NCBI RefSeq assembly: GCF_006345805.1
Contig: NC_043009.1
Coordinates: 71,672,001 to 71,736,000 of the forward strand
Direction: 5' to 3'
DNA from: Octopus sinensis
Taxonomy: Eukaryota
Length of the DNA: 64,000 bases
The notes beneath the pieces were generated by a model that was not told the origin of the DNA, ran no database searches, and saw nothing but the letters and a program-made list of their open reading frames with translations. The translations under genes were made by a program, and so were the position numbers. Shown piece after piece: positions 1-14,481 of the stretch (position 1 is its first letter; every line of letters starts with the position of its first letter).

Positions 1-1169
1 GTACAACCAAACAGACACACAGAAACACACACAGACAAACTGCCGTTTATATATAGAGAGATAGTCTGTCATGGATTATATTCACCAATGGGATCTTCCT
101 TTTTTAAGATGGTAATGTATAGTTGAAGGGAGAGTTAGGGTGCTATTTCTTGCTGGTCAAATGATCACATAGAAACTCTCTTGTTGGTTCACTTTCTCTG
201 AGTGTCACTAAATGAGGATTAAGTGTTCAAACCCAATGGATTTCAGTCTTTATCACCATCATCATCAGCATCATCATCAGCTGTCTTCACCATCGTCATC
301 ATCATCACTGTTACTGCCAGATTAAGAACCTATAGAATGACAGCAATGTAATACTGTTAATTAGCAGTGAATATATATAACGAGCACTGGAAACTCTAAT
401 CAGAAATGCAAGGAAAAGAGAGCATAATGTCAATGATGAATATTATTCCAACAATTTCTGCAAAGATGGGAGATAACTGCAGGCATGTTTTTGTCTTATT
501 AGACCTCCTCAGGCCAATGTACACTTCAGTCTACTGTTTGAAATAATAACGAGAGAATCAATGATTAGGATTACAACTCAAGTAGGCATAAGAAAAGTTT
601 ACCAAAAAATTACTGAGGTTAATTACTTTGAGATCCGATCTGCATCAATTAGGAGTACAATTAAGTAGAAGTGAACATTTTTAATTGAGAATATCAAAAT
701 TCTAATTAGAAATACAATCCAGCATGGAAAGGATTTGCTCAATTACTATCATTAATTAACCTAAATGACTGTGTTTTAATGTAAACAATTATTTAGTTTC
801 ATTCATCCAAGTTTTGAGTTCAAAGAACTGTTATTAGCACCACCCCCACCACCATCTCTAAAACCAACAGAAACAAATCTAAACCAAGCAACATCATTAC
901 TGGTGCTAACATCACCAACATCATCATCATCATCACCAACACAGCCAATAACCTCACCACCACCTTCATCAACATCATCTTCCCTCCCCCCACTTCACCC
1001 AGTATCACCTTAATCACCCACCTCACAGGTAACGGTTGTATTTAATCAACCACCCACCAGTTCCGTCACTCAGCTACCCTGCGGCTTCTCAGCAGATGCC
1101 ACAGTGGGAAGTCCTCATCAAACTTCACTGAAACATCACAACAAGGACGACATCAGAAACATTTATAAG

Positions 1170-1207
<38 letters not shown>

Positions 1208-1232
1208 GTGTATGTGTGTGTGTGCGTGTGTG

Positions 1233-1271
<39 letters not shown>

Positions 1272-4200
1272 ACAAGTGTATGTACATGTGTGAATGCATA
1301 TGTCTATGTGTGTTTTAGTGACTGAGTATACATGAGTGTATGTGCTGGCTTGTATGCATGTGTGTGTATGTGTGTGTGTGAATGTATGTGTGTGTGCTTG
1401 CATGCATGTGTGTTTTGATGTGTGTGCATGTGAGTGTATGTGCATGCATGAATGCATACCTGTGGGTGTATGTGCGTGCATGCGTGTGTGTGTGTGCATA
1501 CATGTGTGTATGTGTGCTTTGGTGTGTTGAACCTGTGTGTTTTGGTGAGTGTGTGTGTGTGTGCGCGTTGGTGTGTTGTTAAAAGTCTTGGAGGAGTAAT
1601 TCTGTTGATGACGCATAAATATGATGGAAGTTGGTAAGCCTTGCCTTGCACCAGGAAATGTATGAGACTAGCACTAACCCAGCCTACAGGGGAATTTAAG
1701 ATGCGTGTGTGAGTGTGTGCATGTGGAGTGTGTGTGTGTGTGTTAGTGTGTGAGTGTGTGTGTGTGTCTGTGTGTGTGAGTGTAATTCAAAGAATTCCAT
1801 TTGACCCTGCAAGCATAGAAAAGTTAACATTAAAACAGCAATGATGTTGATGACGATGTTGACGATGATGATGACGATGTTGATGATGATGATGACGATG
1901 TTGATGATGATGATGACGATGACAACGACGATGATGATGACGATGACAACGACGATGATGATGACGATGATGACGATGACAACGACGATGATGATGACGA
2001 TGGTTTACATATCAAAGAAACTTCCCATTTGAGTTCTTCAACATAATCAAGAACATCAACAATGAATTGCCGACAGGAGATAAAACGTGAAATGGTTTGA
2101 CAAGCAGAATGGAAAGTGTAGAATTCTCCGATATATTTTTTAAGAGGGAAATCAAACAATTTCAACACGTTTTGGCTTTTTAAAAAATAGAGATTGAATA
2201 CAATTTATGAAATATTCTAAGCGGAATGAAAATCATAAAAATGGAGGAATTCTTAACCTCAATAAAATAGTAAAGTTGTCACAAGTAATTCTGCTGGTTT
2301 GTGGCATGGAAGGAATGGAAGAAGAAATGAGGAACCAGAGAAAAATATAGAGAAAAGGGTAAAGGAGCTGGATGAGAAGTTTGTGGAAAGAAAAGCCAAA
2401 AACAAGAGATTTGCTAAAAGTTCTTTGACAAAAAAGATGAGATTCAGGAGATGTTTCTGTGTTTGAAAAGAAGGGGCCATTTGGTTGCCGTGGTGATGCT
2501 GAAAGGAATATAGAAATGCTGGTATGAGACGATGCCAGATGAACCTGTGCAATGAAAAAGGGGCCCTTTTTGAACAACAGATATGGGTTGGTGCCAGGAA
2601 ATGCATCTGAGCAGGGAGTGTCTGCCATGCTGAAGCCTCATCTGACCCCTACATCAACACAGAAGCACACACATTCTAATTGCGTGTGTGTGTGTGTGCA
2701 TGGCAAAAGGACATCAATAGCTGGAAGTGTCAGTCAATAAAATCAACATGGACATAAATTTCATATTTAACACTGGTGATATATTATTAGAGCACTTAAT
2801 GCTTCTTCAGCTGTTACTCTCAACAATATTAACAACATGACATCAGTGACAAACACACGTGCACTCACACACACACACACAGAGTCAGCTATTTCTTCAG
2901 CATCATTATCATCATCATCAACATCACATCCACTAAAATACAAACACAGAACACTGGGTTTCTATTTTAAAATCTCAATTCATGTCAATTTGTTTTGTAT
3001 TCACAACACAAATTCGCATTTGTATCTAACTTAGAATATCTGTGACTTTGCTTAAATGGGCCTCCGAACACATGGGCTCGTCTAGGGGTGGGGGGAGGCT
3101 ACTATTGGTAGTCTTGTTGGTGCTGGTACCACGTAAAAAAAACTGGTACTGGTTCCATGTAAAGAGTACCCAGCACACTCTGTAAATTGGTTGGCATTAG
3201 GAAGGGCCTCCCAGCCATGGAAACCATGTCAAAACCTGATGGGACCTGATGCAACCCTCAGATTTACCAGCTCCTGTCAAACTGTCCAACTCATGCCAGC
3301 ATGGAAAACGGACCTCAGAAGATGATGGTGATGGTGATGGTGATGGTGATGATGATGACAACGATGACGATGACAACAATGATGATGACGACGATGACAA
3401 GAGGAAGGGGGAGGAAAGGGAAAGGGGGATGGACGATGGGAAGGGGGGCGGAAGGGGGGAAGGGGGTGGTGGCGGGAGGGGGAGGTTTCCATGCCTGTAT
3501 GTGTGTGCGTGTGCAAATATGTGTGCGGATGTGCATGTATGTGCATATATGCATGCATGCGTGTGTGTGTGCACGATGAAAGTATTGTAGCTGAATGAGA
3601 GCTGAAGTTCAGGGAGCTACCATTGCTAAGAGCAAAGGTCTTCTTCCTCAGATTGAAGAGCAGACTGTGTTAGATGCTTGAGTTAGAAGTGCAATGCTGC
3701 ATGGCAGGAAGAGTTGGGCCTTGAAAAGAGAGGACTTAAGGGAACTGGAAAGAAATGAAGTGAGTATACTCTGTTGGATGTGCAATGTGGGTGTTCATGA
3801 AAAACTGTTGGAAGGCATTGAGTGAAGAACTGGTCCTTGGAGGAACGGAGTTATTGCGAGCTAAAAAGAAAACTGCACTGATATGGACACAGGGGTGAGG
3901 GTGGCTGTATAAGGGAGTGTCTGTTGCAAAATGTGGCCCAAACTTGCAGAAAAGGGAGACCCATGAAGACATGGCAGAGGACAATGAACCAAAACCTCTG
4001 GCAATATGAAGTTCTTACCAAAGCTGCCCTCCTCAATGAAACTGAGTTCTGAAAGGGCGATGCATTGTGCTCTCCATCCACATTACAGTCACACATTACC
4101 CGCCTCCCCCGTGTCACTTCTCCCTGTACCCCACCTCCCACAGACTACCCACTGTTTCACTCCTCTCGCTTGTTGACCCCCACCCCCTGACAACTATATC

Positions 4201-5273
4201 ATTTTTATTACTCCTGCTGCTTCCCCCTCCCCACTCTCTTCTACATCCTCAACTCATGGTTCCTTCCCCACCCACCCTTCAACCCTACCTATTCTGGCAG
4301 TCTGCCTCCCACCCACATCATCCTTTCATTCTCTTTCCCATACAGTCTTGCAAACTGATTCCTCAACTCCCTTTGTGCCTCGTGGGAGCCACCAAGGTGC
4401 CTCATCCCGCTTATCTCTTGCAGCTCCCACACTTCATTTCCTTCTTCTCTTCCGTTTTTCCTGCCAGACTTGAGTTGGAACATTTTGCATTCTGTTGAGG
4501 AGGAATAACCGACTTCCTTCCCCATTTGAAAGCATAGAACATTCTACCCACAATAAAAAGCAGTCAGAGATGGAGCTGACTAACAGTAAGAACAGTGTGT
4601 CAAGAGTCTCTGCCATCCTTTCTTCTGCAAGTCCAAGAACAAAGAAGTCCATTGGCAGAGAGGGAATTCCAGTGAGCCAAGGAAAAACTGGATAAAATGT
4701 GAGTCTGATTGTAGAGACACAATGGAAAAGATGAGAAAAGAGAAGACTTGGCTGTACAGAACTGGTGAGGGGCAGCACTTTACTCCATCTTGTTCAGGGA
4801 AGAAGAAATTATTTGAAAAAAAGTAAAAAGAAGAACTGCATATTTAGGAATGAGAAGCTGTGGAATGTTGATGGTGAGTGAGTGTTAGCCAATCAAGAGA
4901 ATGGAATTCTTTTGGAGACAATCAAGAATGTTTCTGTGACTACACTGTTCCAAGGTGTAGAAGATGGACGACTGAATACATCCTGACGAAGTTGGATCTT
5001 CCGATTGTTTAAAAGACAAACAAACCAAAACTGGTTTCACCATTTGGTCACCATTTTGTAGCCAGCAGGAAGAAACAGCATGACTGGAAGACAGTCCAGT
5101 TGTAAAAATAGTTGTTTCTATGAATAAACCATGACACATTTGGAATCTCGGGAAATTGGATGTAAATAACTAAACAAGAGAATGGAATGGAAAGATTGCT
5201 GTCTTGAATTAAAACATCTTTCAGCCTCATGTTCTTAGAATCACACAACAAAGTTGATCACGTTATACATGAG

Positions 5274-5321
<48 letters not shown>

Positions 5322-6199
5322 TGCAAATATATAAGGATGCATATATACTCATAGAAAGGCTAGTCTTTTACCCCACCCACCAAAAAAAAAAACTATATGG
5401 AACCTTGCTCTGGGCTTGAAATTCAAAGCACACTCTGACGTAAGCATCCATACACACACATACACACACACACACACACCAAAAAAAGGATTAAATATGT
5501 AGAACTCTACTTAGTCGATATGAATATGAACATTACAAACAAACTTACATTTAGCAACATTATTTGGTAACACAAAATTCACTTCCACAAATGTGAAATA
5601 AATGACGACCAGGTGTAAGCAAATTAGATGCTACAAGTATTATCTGATAATTGAGATAAGCAATTTAAAAGTGTCAGGTAATCCGTTTGTTCCAGGTAGA
5701 AATCATAAAAATGTATTAGTTTATTTATATCTATGGTTCCAGGCTTTTTCTAAACTCTTTTGACAATTATTGAGATTATTTCAATGACTTTTTCAAATAC
5801 AACTAAAATTGCAAACAACTTTCACAGAAAGCAGCATGACTTATGCATCAAAGATTGCAGCTAAAATATTGGTTTCAAATGTTGGCACTGGACCAAGAAT
5901 TTCAGAGCGGGGCCAGGTTGATTAGATTGACCCCAGCACTTGGCTGGTTCTTAATTTATTGATCCCAAAAGGCAAAGTCGACCATGGCAGAATTCGAACT
6001 CAGAACCTAAACACAGGTGAGATACTTTTTACCCGGCATTCAAACAGCTCTGCCAAACACAATTATTCTGCAAATTTTCTACTGCTGTGATTTAAATAAA
6101 AGTTTCAAAAGACATTCAGGAAATTTAACTAGCAATTTTTATTATAAAATTTATTTTACCATTTCCTTTGACACTGTACAAGAATTGGGGGTTCGAGAA

Positions 6200-6775
6200 T
6201 GGTATTTTGATGCCTTCTGCTTTTTACCTTCACGGTTCAAAAACACTTTCTGGACATCGAGTGGACCAACTGAACTGACGAAAATAAGGTTCCAGTCCCT
6301 GCCCAGATACCCAACCTTTCCATCTGGCTTCTACAACGTTTCTGCTGGTTTGGTCAGTTACACCCACAAGTTAGATGGATGGACCCACAAGGGCCGGCTG
6401 CAACAGGAGTTGGCGTCTGGCAAAAGGGCACAGACATAATGCTACCTTCAGGTTAGAGATGTCTGCAAGAGAAACATGATGTCACTGAACATAAATGTTG
6501 AAGGGTAACAGAACATTGCAAAAACTCTCACTGAAAGCTGGAACCAGGCAGGAATTTGAAGAAAATAAAGGAAAGCTGAATCTGAGGCCTACAGATGAAG
6601 AAAAGCGACAGCAAAAATAAAAGCAAGGTTGATACAACATGAGTAGAAGATGTCTTCAAATGTCATCCCTGCAGTCAGGGAATGTGTTTGCTGTGGTTTG
6701 CTGCTGTCAGAGGAGACAGTCCTTTATCAACAAAACAATGGGCCACGGCTTCTTAGGAACAGACTCATCAGACTG
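6200..6775 (+). pseudogene. Old RTE (BovB-like) C-terminal remnant
   Basis: Pieces ELASGKR..RDVCKRNM..L.I followed by a Cys-rich tail; frameshifted. Confidence 0.55.
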
Positions 6776-6967
6776 TCAGACAAAATGCATCACAAACAGA
6801 TATGCATGGTGTGTGTGTGTGTGTGTGCGTGTGTACGTGCGTGTGTATGTGTGTGTGCATGTGTGTGTGAGTGTGTTTGAGTGTCTGTATGTGTGTGTGC
6901 ATATGCATCTATCTTCCTCTCTTTCTGTCTATCTATATGTGTATGTGTGTATAAGTATATATGTACA

Positions 6968-7012
<45 letters not shown>

Positions 7013-8719
7013 AGAGAGAGAGAGGGGGGAGACAGACAGACAGAAAGAGAGAGAGAGGAATAGTTTTTATGTTTTGGGAAAACAACTCTTTTGAAGTGCA
7101 GCTACGCATAATAAACACATCTGGATTGATTTTATGTTATAAACTTTTTTCCTGCAATACGAACTGTTAATTACTGTTTCACCTGATAAATACACACCTG
7201 GTCTATTTTGTATTCTATCTTCGCAGTTTGAAATGGCAAGAGAAAGTGTAAACAATAAGCATAACTGTTGCAGTTTGCATTTCCAATCTACCTGTCTTCA
7301 CCTGATATAAGGTCAACAAACTCTTAAGCGGAAATTGCAAATTGCGACTTATCTAAAAATGAGGCCATCACAAACAAAACAAAAAAGAAACAATCCTATC
7401 TGGCTTGCACAGCTTCACCATTTTATGGTAAGGCTGTCTGTTCTTTAGAATATAGGAACACAAAAAAATCTTTTATTCCTTCGATACCAATCTACTTGAG
7501 ACAGATTCTGGTTCTAATACAAAATCTTTCATGCTTAAGATTTTTCTTATTATTATTAAGTTCTAAACACCAGTTTTCTAATGATTCCAAATTTTGGTAC
7601 AAGGCCAGCAAGTTTAAAAGAAGGGGTCAGTCGATTGCATTGACCCCATTACTCAGCCAGTGATTATTTTAATGACCCCCAAAAAGATGCAAATGTGCCT
7701 CAGTGAAATTTGAATTCAGAACACAGAGAACCAAATGAAATGCCGATAAGCATTTTGTCAGATGTGCTAATGATTCCACCTTAAATACCAGTTTAATTAT
7801 GAAAATGCTAATTATTTCACTAATCCCTCCAGATTATTGATTATTTTCAAAATCATTAAAACGTATTGGCAACACATTTCATAATGAAAAATGGTGAGAA
7901 AAATGTTAAGATTCCCTGAAATTTCAAAATGTAGAGATTCGCAGAAAGATAAACGGAATATAGAAAGGAGAGACTGTATCAATCCAAAACAGATTATACT
8001 CAGACTTTATGATGAAAGGCAATCAAACCATGACCCTCACTGTCATTTCTTTCTTTCAGGTATAGTAAACCAAGGACAAAATTTCCCATTGTCCCCTTTT
8101 TCAGGTGACAGGGTGAGGCCTGAGGGTCAGCTTTAATAACAGGTCACATGACAGCACACAAGTTACTCCAGCTTGACACAGAACTGTGGCAACTGGATAT
8201 TGTGTGCTTTGCTAGACTACTTTCACAGAGTGGAAGGGAACTGTCTTATCTCTGTCTTCGATAAGGAATCCCTGCTGAAATATCTTCCATAATTCAAAAG
8301 ATTACAAGGATACAATAATGTATCCTCAAGGTTAAATCTGGAACCAAGGTGAGCCAAGGTGAATGACATCGTCAAACACACACATCCACTAAATGGGCAT
8401 TAGTGACCGAGCCTAATGGTTAAAACTAGTAAGTGGGTGTGTGTGAGTGTATATGACGACGACAATGATGATGATGATCATCATCATCATTTAATGTCCA
8501 CCTTTCCATGTTTTCAATGGTCAGATGGAATTTGTTGAGGCAGATTTTTTACAGCTGGATGCCCTTCCTGTTGCCAACCCTCACACACACACACACACAC
8601 ATGTAGGTTTTCTATGGCCAGGTGCCATTCCTATCATCAACCTTCACCTATTTCCAAGCAACGTAAGAAACAAGTTTCTTCATCACACAACTTTCTGTAA
8701 AACGTGTTTGAAATGATGT

Positions 8720-10300
8720 CAGAATATATTCCACACATCCTTGTATCTCCTCATCATCTTTGACAATATTTTTAATGATTTATTTCCAAAATTCTTGTAA
8801 ATATCAACAAAATACAAACTTTCTTATTTCCTTTCTCTTTTGTATATTGTGCTTTATAGTCCAAACATTTGTTCACCAAATTCTGTGCAGTTTTGAAACC
8901 TCCTTGCTCCTCCTGCAGCATTCTGTCAACAATGGATTCAGCGCCAACTCTACAGAACATCTTCATAACCAAGTGTAAGAGAATAACATCATTCTGGTTC
9001 TAACACTCAGACACGTTTCCCTTCTATTTTTTAGGTTTTTTTTAAATATTTTTTTGTAATTTCTTTTTCCCAATCTCAGGAAATTCCACTTGTTCCCTAA
9101 ATGCAATTAAACAGTTTTGTGAATACAATTAATGTTATGGTTCTATCAATTTTTACCATTTTGGTTGTGCTTCCCTCTAACAATTCCTTGATGGCTTTCA
9201 AGCATTTCTTACCTTAGCAAATGTCATCTCCTTTGTCTCAATATTCAGATCCTGTTCAGATGGAAAGACATTTTTCTTCATTTCTATGGAACTGGTATGT
9301 TTTTTACTGCTTCCTTCTTTCTTTTTTCTTTATCTTTATTCAGTAAGTTCCTTTCTATAAACAGAAGTTCTCTGTTTTTCATAGCCGTAATTTCTTTAAT
9401 AGATTGTTAAACTAATCCTCCTCCCCTCCCCCTCCCCCCCTTCATTTGAGATTCAGTTTTATCTTCGTTTGTCATTCAAGTGTTTTCTCTTATCACTTTC
9501 TCTGAGTCTTTTTATTTCACTATTAACACTTCCATATTCGGTTCTTAGAATTGGTAATCTTTGATTATAATTACTTACAGTTTCACATTCAAGTTTCGCT
9601 CTCTTCCTTTTTCTCTATCATGTCCCAAGCTTTATTTCTAATTCCTCTTTCTTCATTTCTAAGTGTTATTTTTACTTCTTCTCGAATATCATTTCACATC
9701 TTCCCAATCTCCTCTCCATCCTTTCATATCTCTACAACAATAAATTTATCACAACATCCTCACATAAACACTTTTACATACTCATTACTTCTCATTTTCT
9801 TTATGTCAGACCTTGAAGTCAAAATTCTACTTATCATCCTTGATGTTTTCTTGGAATTTGGCAGTTGTTCCTTGCTGCCAATACCAACTTCTCTCTCATA
9901 TTTTTTAGTGAGGTCTTATGTTATTTATCAGCTGCAGTACAATCAATTTAATCCCAATCTTTCCTGACGAGATAAATCCAAGTATATTGATGTATATTCC
10001 ATTGCTCCAAAAAATAATTGCTCCAAAAATAATTGCCACATCCAGTTCTAATCATTTTCTCCATTCTTTGATTTCAAAAAACATTAAGAAAAACCAGAAT
10101 GGCAGTTTTGTTACTTCAGAATTAAAGTTTTCTATTCATAGCAATAAATCCATTTGTTATTTTCCCAACTGCTCTTGAACTTTTCTATAAAATTCCTCTT
10201 TCTTATTACCATTTGTTGTTTCCTTTTCAGTGACATACAAATATACCAACATTTCCACTGGCAGATCTAAATCAAGCATGCAAAATCTCCTCTCGTCCTT
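8720..10300 (-). pseudogene. Highly degenerate LINE (APE/RT) remnant
   Basis: Minus-strand ORF 8772-8972 contains IVDRMLQEEQGGF..EKGNKKVCIL, matching an RT domain. Confidence 0.55.
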
Positions 10301-11009
10301 TAGTTTTTCAGACGTTTGTTATAATAAAGACAAAATTAATCTTTTTTATTAACAATTTTCCATAATTCTTTGTCAGTTCTGCATGTTTAGTTTCAAACAA
10401 TCGTGTTCCGAAAGCTATGAACATTTTCAAGATGTGTCATTCACGTCACAAAGGGTCATGGGAATAATGTTATATCTGATAAAATTATCAATGCTACATT
10501 CAAAATTGTTTATCACTCAATTTGCGATAAACTTCATGGTATATTTTATGTTTGTTGTATCTGTGTGAGGAATTTTGGTTATTTTGCTTAAATAAATCTC
10601 CCATAAAAATCTGTTTTTTTGTTGTTGTTTGTGGTGGGGTGGGTGGAATTCTTTATTGGTAGTGCTAACAACAGATGTTCTTCTTTGTTTCATGCCCTGA
10701 ATATACCAAGGGGCTGCAATGTGCTCCTTGTCATAATTGCTTCATCAACCAACAAGAAACTCTCATAGAAGTTTGAATCAAGAATTTCCCAATTTTGAGG
10801 TTTGCATCGAACATTCTGTATTGCCCCAGGGTTTAAGTGAAAACCACGGTCTGTGGCTTTGTTTATCCTAAGGCTGTGACAGTATTTGCAGAAAGGGATT
10901 GAACCAGATAACAGATGGTTGTGAAGTGAACTCCTTACCACACAGCCAGGCCTGCATGATACAACATACACAGATACATACATATATCAGCACACATTCA
11001 TACACACAC

Positions 11010-11285
11010 ACAGGCTCTCCAGTTACGGTGACGGTTGCACCAGTTGATGTGGTTGAGTACTCCATGGACACATGTACTCTCAATGTGGTTCTCATGGAGA
11101 TTCAGTGTAATGTGACAAGGCTGACCCTTCAAAATACAGGTACAACTTACTTTTGCCAGCTGAGTGGACTGGGGCAACGGGAAATAAAGTAACTTGCTCA
11201 AGGACATAATGCACAGCCAGGAATCGAACTCACCACCTCGTGATGACGAGCCAAATACACTAACCACTTAGCCATGCACTTTCAC
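11010..11285 (-). mobile_element. tRNA-derived SINE (second family)
   Basis: A box tggctaagtggtt, B box gagttcgattcc, then gtccttgagcaag. Related head at 27873-27970 on +. Confidence 0.72.
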
Positions 11286-11304
11286 CACCTACATACATAC
11301 ATAC

Positions 11305-11837
11305 ATGGTGGCTGCCCCCTTGTTATCGAGTATGGCCATTGCACAAAGCTTAATCAATGTTGTTATCGTGCAATGCCTGTGCAAAAAGATTTTTTTTAAA
11401 GTGGGGAAAGGCTGTGCACTGAGTCAATCCCACTCACTAAGCAACAGCAGCCATAATCCGAAAAGGAGAACAAGTCAACATCATCGGTAACCACTGAGCC
11501 ACAGGTTTTATGTTGGAGTTATCCCAGTTACCTGAGTTACCTTCTCCTAGAAGGATGCCCTAACAAAGGCTAGGAGTCCTTCACTCCCAATGGTTTAACT
11601 GCGCAATCGGGTATTCAGTCCGATTATTTCTATGTCCCCACGCATGATGCAGCCTTAAGACATTTATTGGATGGCCATTGACTCTCAAGAGTTCCTTTGC
11701 CCTTTGACAGGGTGTCCAATAAACACCCTCCTCACCAAGCAAGCTTGGTGGGGTTGCCGGTTTAGTCACCGAAGACCCGACCATGCAACAGGTTGTACTG
11801 GGTTACATGTTACTAGTAGCACTCGAAAGTGACCTGA
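11305..11837 (-). mobile_element. Short non-coding RTE-derived element in an (ATAC)n tract
   Basis: (ATAC)n on both sides. The minus strand contains gggcatccttctaggagaaggtaactc, which resembles a motif typical of RTE 5'UTRs. Confidence 0.5.
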
Positions 11838-11842
11838 CATAA

Positions 11843-11873
<31 letters not shown>

Positions 11874-13281
11874 CATTTGTACATTCATACATATATGCAT
11901 ACACACATACATATATACATACATACACACATATATAACATACATATACACTCATATGTACATACATAAGTTACATACACACACATACGTATATACACAA
12001 CATACATACAAACACATATGTCTGCATTATTTTCGGGGTCAAACGAGATTTGTTTACATTAGATTTTCCTCTGAATTATATAAGTTGTGGGAATTTATCT
12101 ATATCAATTCCCACAACAAATTTATGAATAAATACATATACACACACACACACACACATATATATATACATACAGTGCAGACACTGTGTGTGTTTATGTG
12201 CATCTACAAGAGTATGTATGTGTGTGCATTGGGATTTACACATGAATACATGAGTCTGTCAAGGATCACAGCTCTGACACTTAATGTATCCATTTTTCTA
12301 CAGTCATGTGACATATAAGTCATGTGACACTTGTTAATACTGTAGCTTTAAGCTTCCTTCAGCCCCTATTTAAATGGCTTAATTATCGCAAGAAGCTTGC
12401 TATTAACCCATTCTTTCAAATCTCTCAACAGGAAATTAGTTTAAGATTCTTATCAAGGGATACAGGGAGTAAAAACTTTTTCCTTCTAATACACACACAG
12501 ACCCACAAACATACGAACATGTTTGCACACACACACACACACACATACTCGAACACACACGAACACACATGAACACACACATACAGTCTTTTAACAGATG
12601 AGGATACAACATTATCCTTCAGTAGCTCACGTGGCATTATTCTCAGCTAATAAAAGATTACATATACTCTACTTTATGTATATGCATGTATATATATATA
12701 TATAGAGAGAGAGAGATAAAACTTACTTGGAAATGGATGCATGGCATTTGATCATATAATATTTTGTTACCACTTTAACCGTCCACAAAAAATCCCGAAT
12801 TTTATTTAATTTGCTTTGCAAAAAGGCCTGTTTTAATGAAGTGACGTCTTGTCCCTACCTTTGAAATGTGGAGTAGATAAAACAGGGAACAACTGATGAA
12901 GGGAATGTTCTTTATGTTGCCTGTCACGTTTCTCATTCTGTTGACATTTCTTTGATGTCCTGTACCATATATGCATGTATATATATATATACGTATATAA
13001 TGAAGGGTGAAATTAATTAATTTGGAATAATTATCAATTACACCAAGTAGTCTTCGGCATGTAAAAGCCTCAATCGAGGAAAATTTAAGTAATACTAAGC
13101 AATAAGGGTTTAGCAACGAATTGTCTTACCACATACCGAATTTAGAAATAGCAGTCAAAGGGTTATAGCTATTTCTTCTACTAAAAAGGGAGATCTCAGT
13201 AAAAACAGCAATTGGAAGGCTGACACAAACAGGTAAGAGAGAATGAATTGACTGCAATCTATCATACATTTTTTAAGTTAT

Positions 13282-13386
13282 CTACGGACGTACGTTTCGA
13301 AATCAAGTTTTTAGGAAAGCATAAGAATTAAATATTAAATATTAAATAATTCTATCTTACCGAAACTTCTTTTCTCTTCAGCGTAG
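13282..13386 (-). ncRNA. Type I hammerhead ribozyme (palindromic minimal stem III, long stem II)
   Basis: Minus strand reads ctacg-CTGAAGA-gaaa..(long hairpin)..tttc-GAAA-cgtac-GTC-cgtag. Stem I is ctacg/cgtag. Confidence 0.8.
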
Positions 13387-13410
13387 AATACTATAATCAA
13401 TTATAGTATT

Positions 13411-13514
13411 CTACGCTGAGAGAAAAGAAGTTTCGGTAAGATAGAATTATTTAATATTTAATATTTAATTCTTATGCTTTCCTAAAAACTTGATTTCGAA
13501 ACGTACGTCCGTAG
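13411..13514 (+). pseudogene. Mirror copy of the hammerhead with a 1-nt core deletion
   Basis: Core reads CTGAGAG instead of CTGAAGAG; otherwise the reverse complement of 13282-13386. Confidence 0.7.
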
Positions 13515-13802
13515 ATAACTTAAAAAATGTATGATAGATTGCAGTCAATTCATTCTCTCTTACCTGTTTGTGTCAGCCTTCCAATTGCTGTTTTTACTGA
13601 GATCTCCCTTTTTAGTAGAAGAAATAGCTATAACCCTTTGACTGCTATTTCTAAATTCGGTATGTGGTAAGGCAATTCGTTGCTAAACCCTTATTGCTTA
13701 GTATATACGTATATATGTAAGCATATACATGTATGTATGTATGTATGTATATAAGCATATATTTATATATTATTTATATTATATATATATGTATACATAT
13801 AT

Positions 13803-14205
13803 CGACCTACTGAGGAGACCAATTGAGTCAAGTACATCAACATCAAAATAAAAATCAAATGGAAATTGTAGTTGTGCGCCCCAAGCCGGTGGCACGTAAA
13901 AAGCACCATCTAAACATGGCCGATGCCAGTGCTGCCTTGATTGGCTTCCATGCCAGTGGCACGTAAAAAGCACCAACCGATTGTGGCCATTTGCCATCCT
14001 CCGCTGGGCCCTGTGCTGGTGGCATGTAAAAAGTACCCACTACACTCACAGAGGGGCTGGTGTTAGGAAGGGCATCCAGCTTTAGAAACACTGCCAGATA
14101 AGACTGGAGCCTGGTGCAGCTTCCTGGCTTCCCAGACCCTGGTCGAACGTCCAACCCATGCTAGCATGGAAAACGGACATTAAACGATGATGATGATGAT
14201 GATGA
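13803..14205 (+). mobile_element. RTE 3'UTR fragment with (GAT)n tail
   Basis: ggcacgtaaaaagcacc repeats, aggaagggcatccagc, and ccatgctagcatggaaaacggac..gatgat. Confidence 0.85.
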
Positions 14206-14415
14206 TATATCATTTGTGGAAAACATAAATCTGAAAGAAGCACACTCTAAGATGTAGAGCAGGACAAAAATAGGGATGGCTGGTTTATTTTTAAGGGGTC
14301 TTGGGCGAATAGGTCTTTCAGATCTGACGATACACCATAAAGCTAAACCCTTTGTGAATGAGAAACTTAAGGTAATCACATAAACCAGTCTTTCCCATTT
14401 TTAATACATACATAC

Positions 14416-14472
<57 letters not shown>

Positions 14473-14481
14473 GATTCTATT

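Larger units (their letters stand above)
13000..13701 (-). mobile_element. Penelope-like pseudo-LTR insertion with inverted (foldback) duplication
   Basis: 14-bp direct repeat TATATACGTATATA at 12986-12999 and 13702-13715. Palindrome 13092-13704. Contains a hammerhead. Confidence 0.75.

Noticed and set aside
1104-2168. ORFs rich in CV/HT/YI/poly-M/poly-S, here and throughout (e.g. 29118-29512, 49316-49923, 56423-56774)
   Set aside because: Translations of (GT)n, (TA)n and (GAT)n microsatellites, not genes.
2545-2630. Candidate minus-strand exon GSDEASAWQTLPAQMHF..
   Set aside because: Weak donor, adjacent to decayed LINE sequence, and phase does not fit the other candidates.
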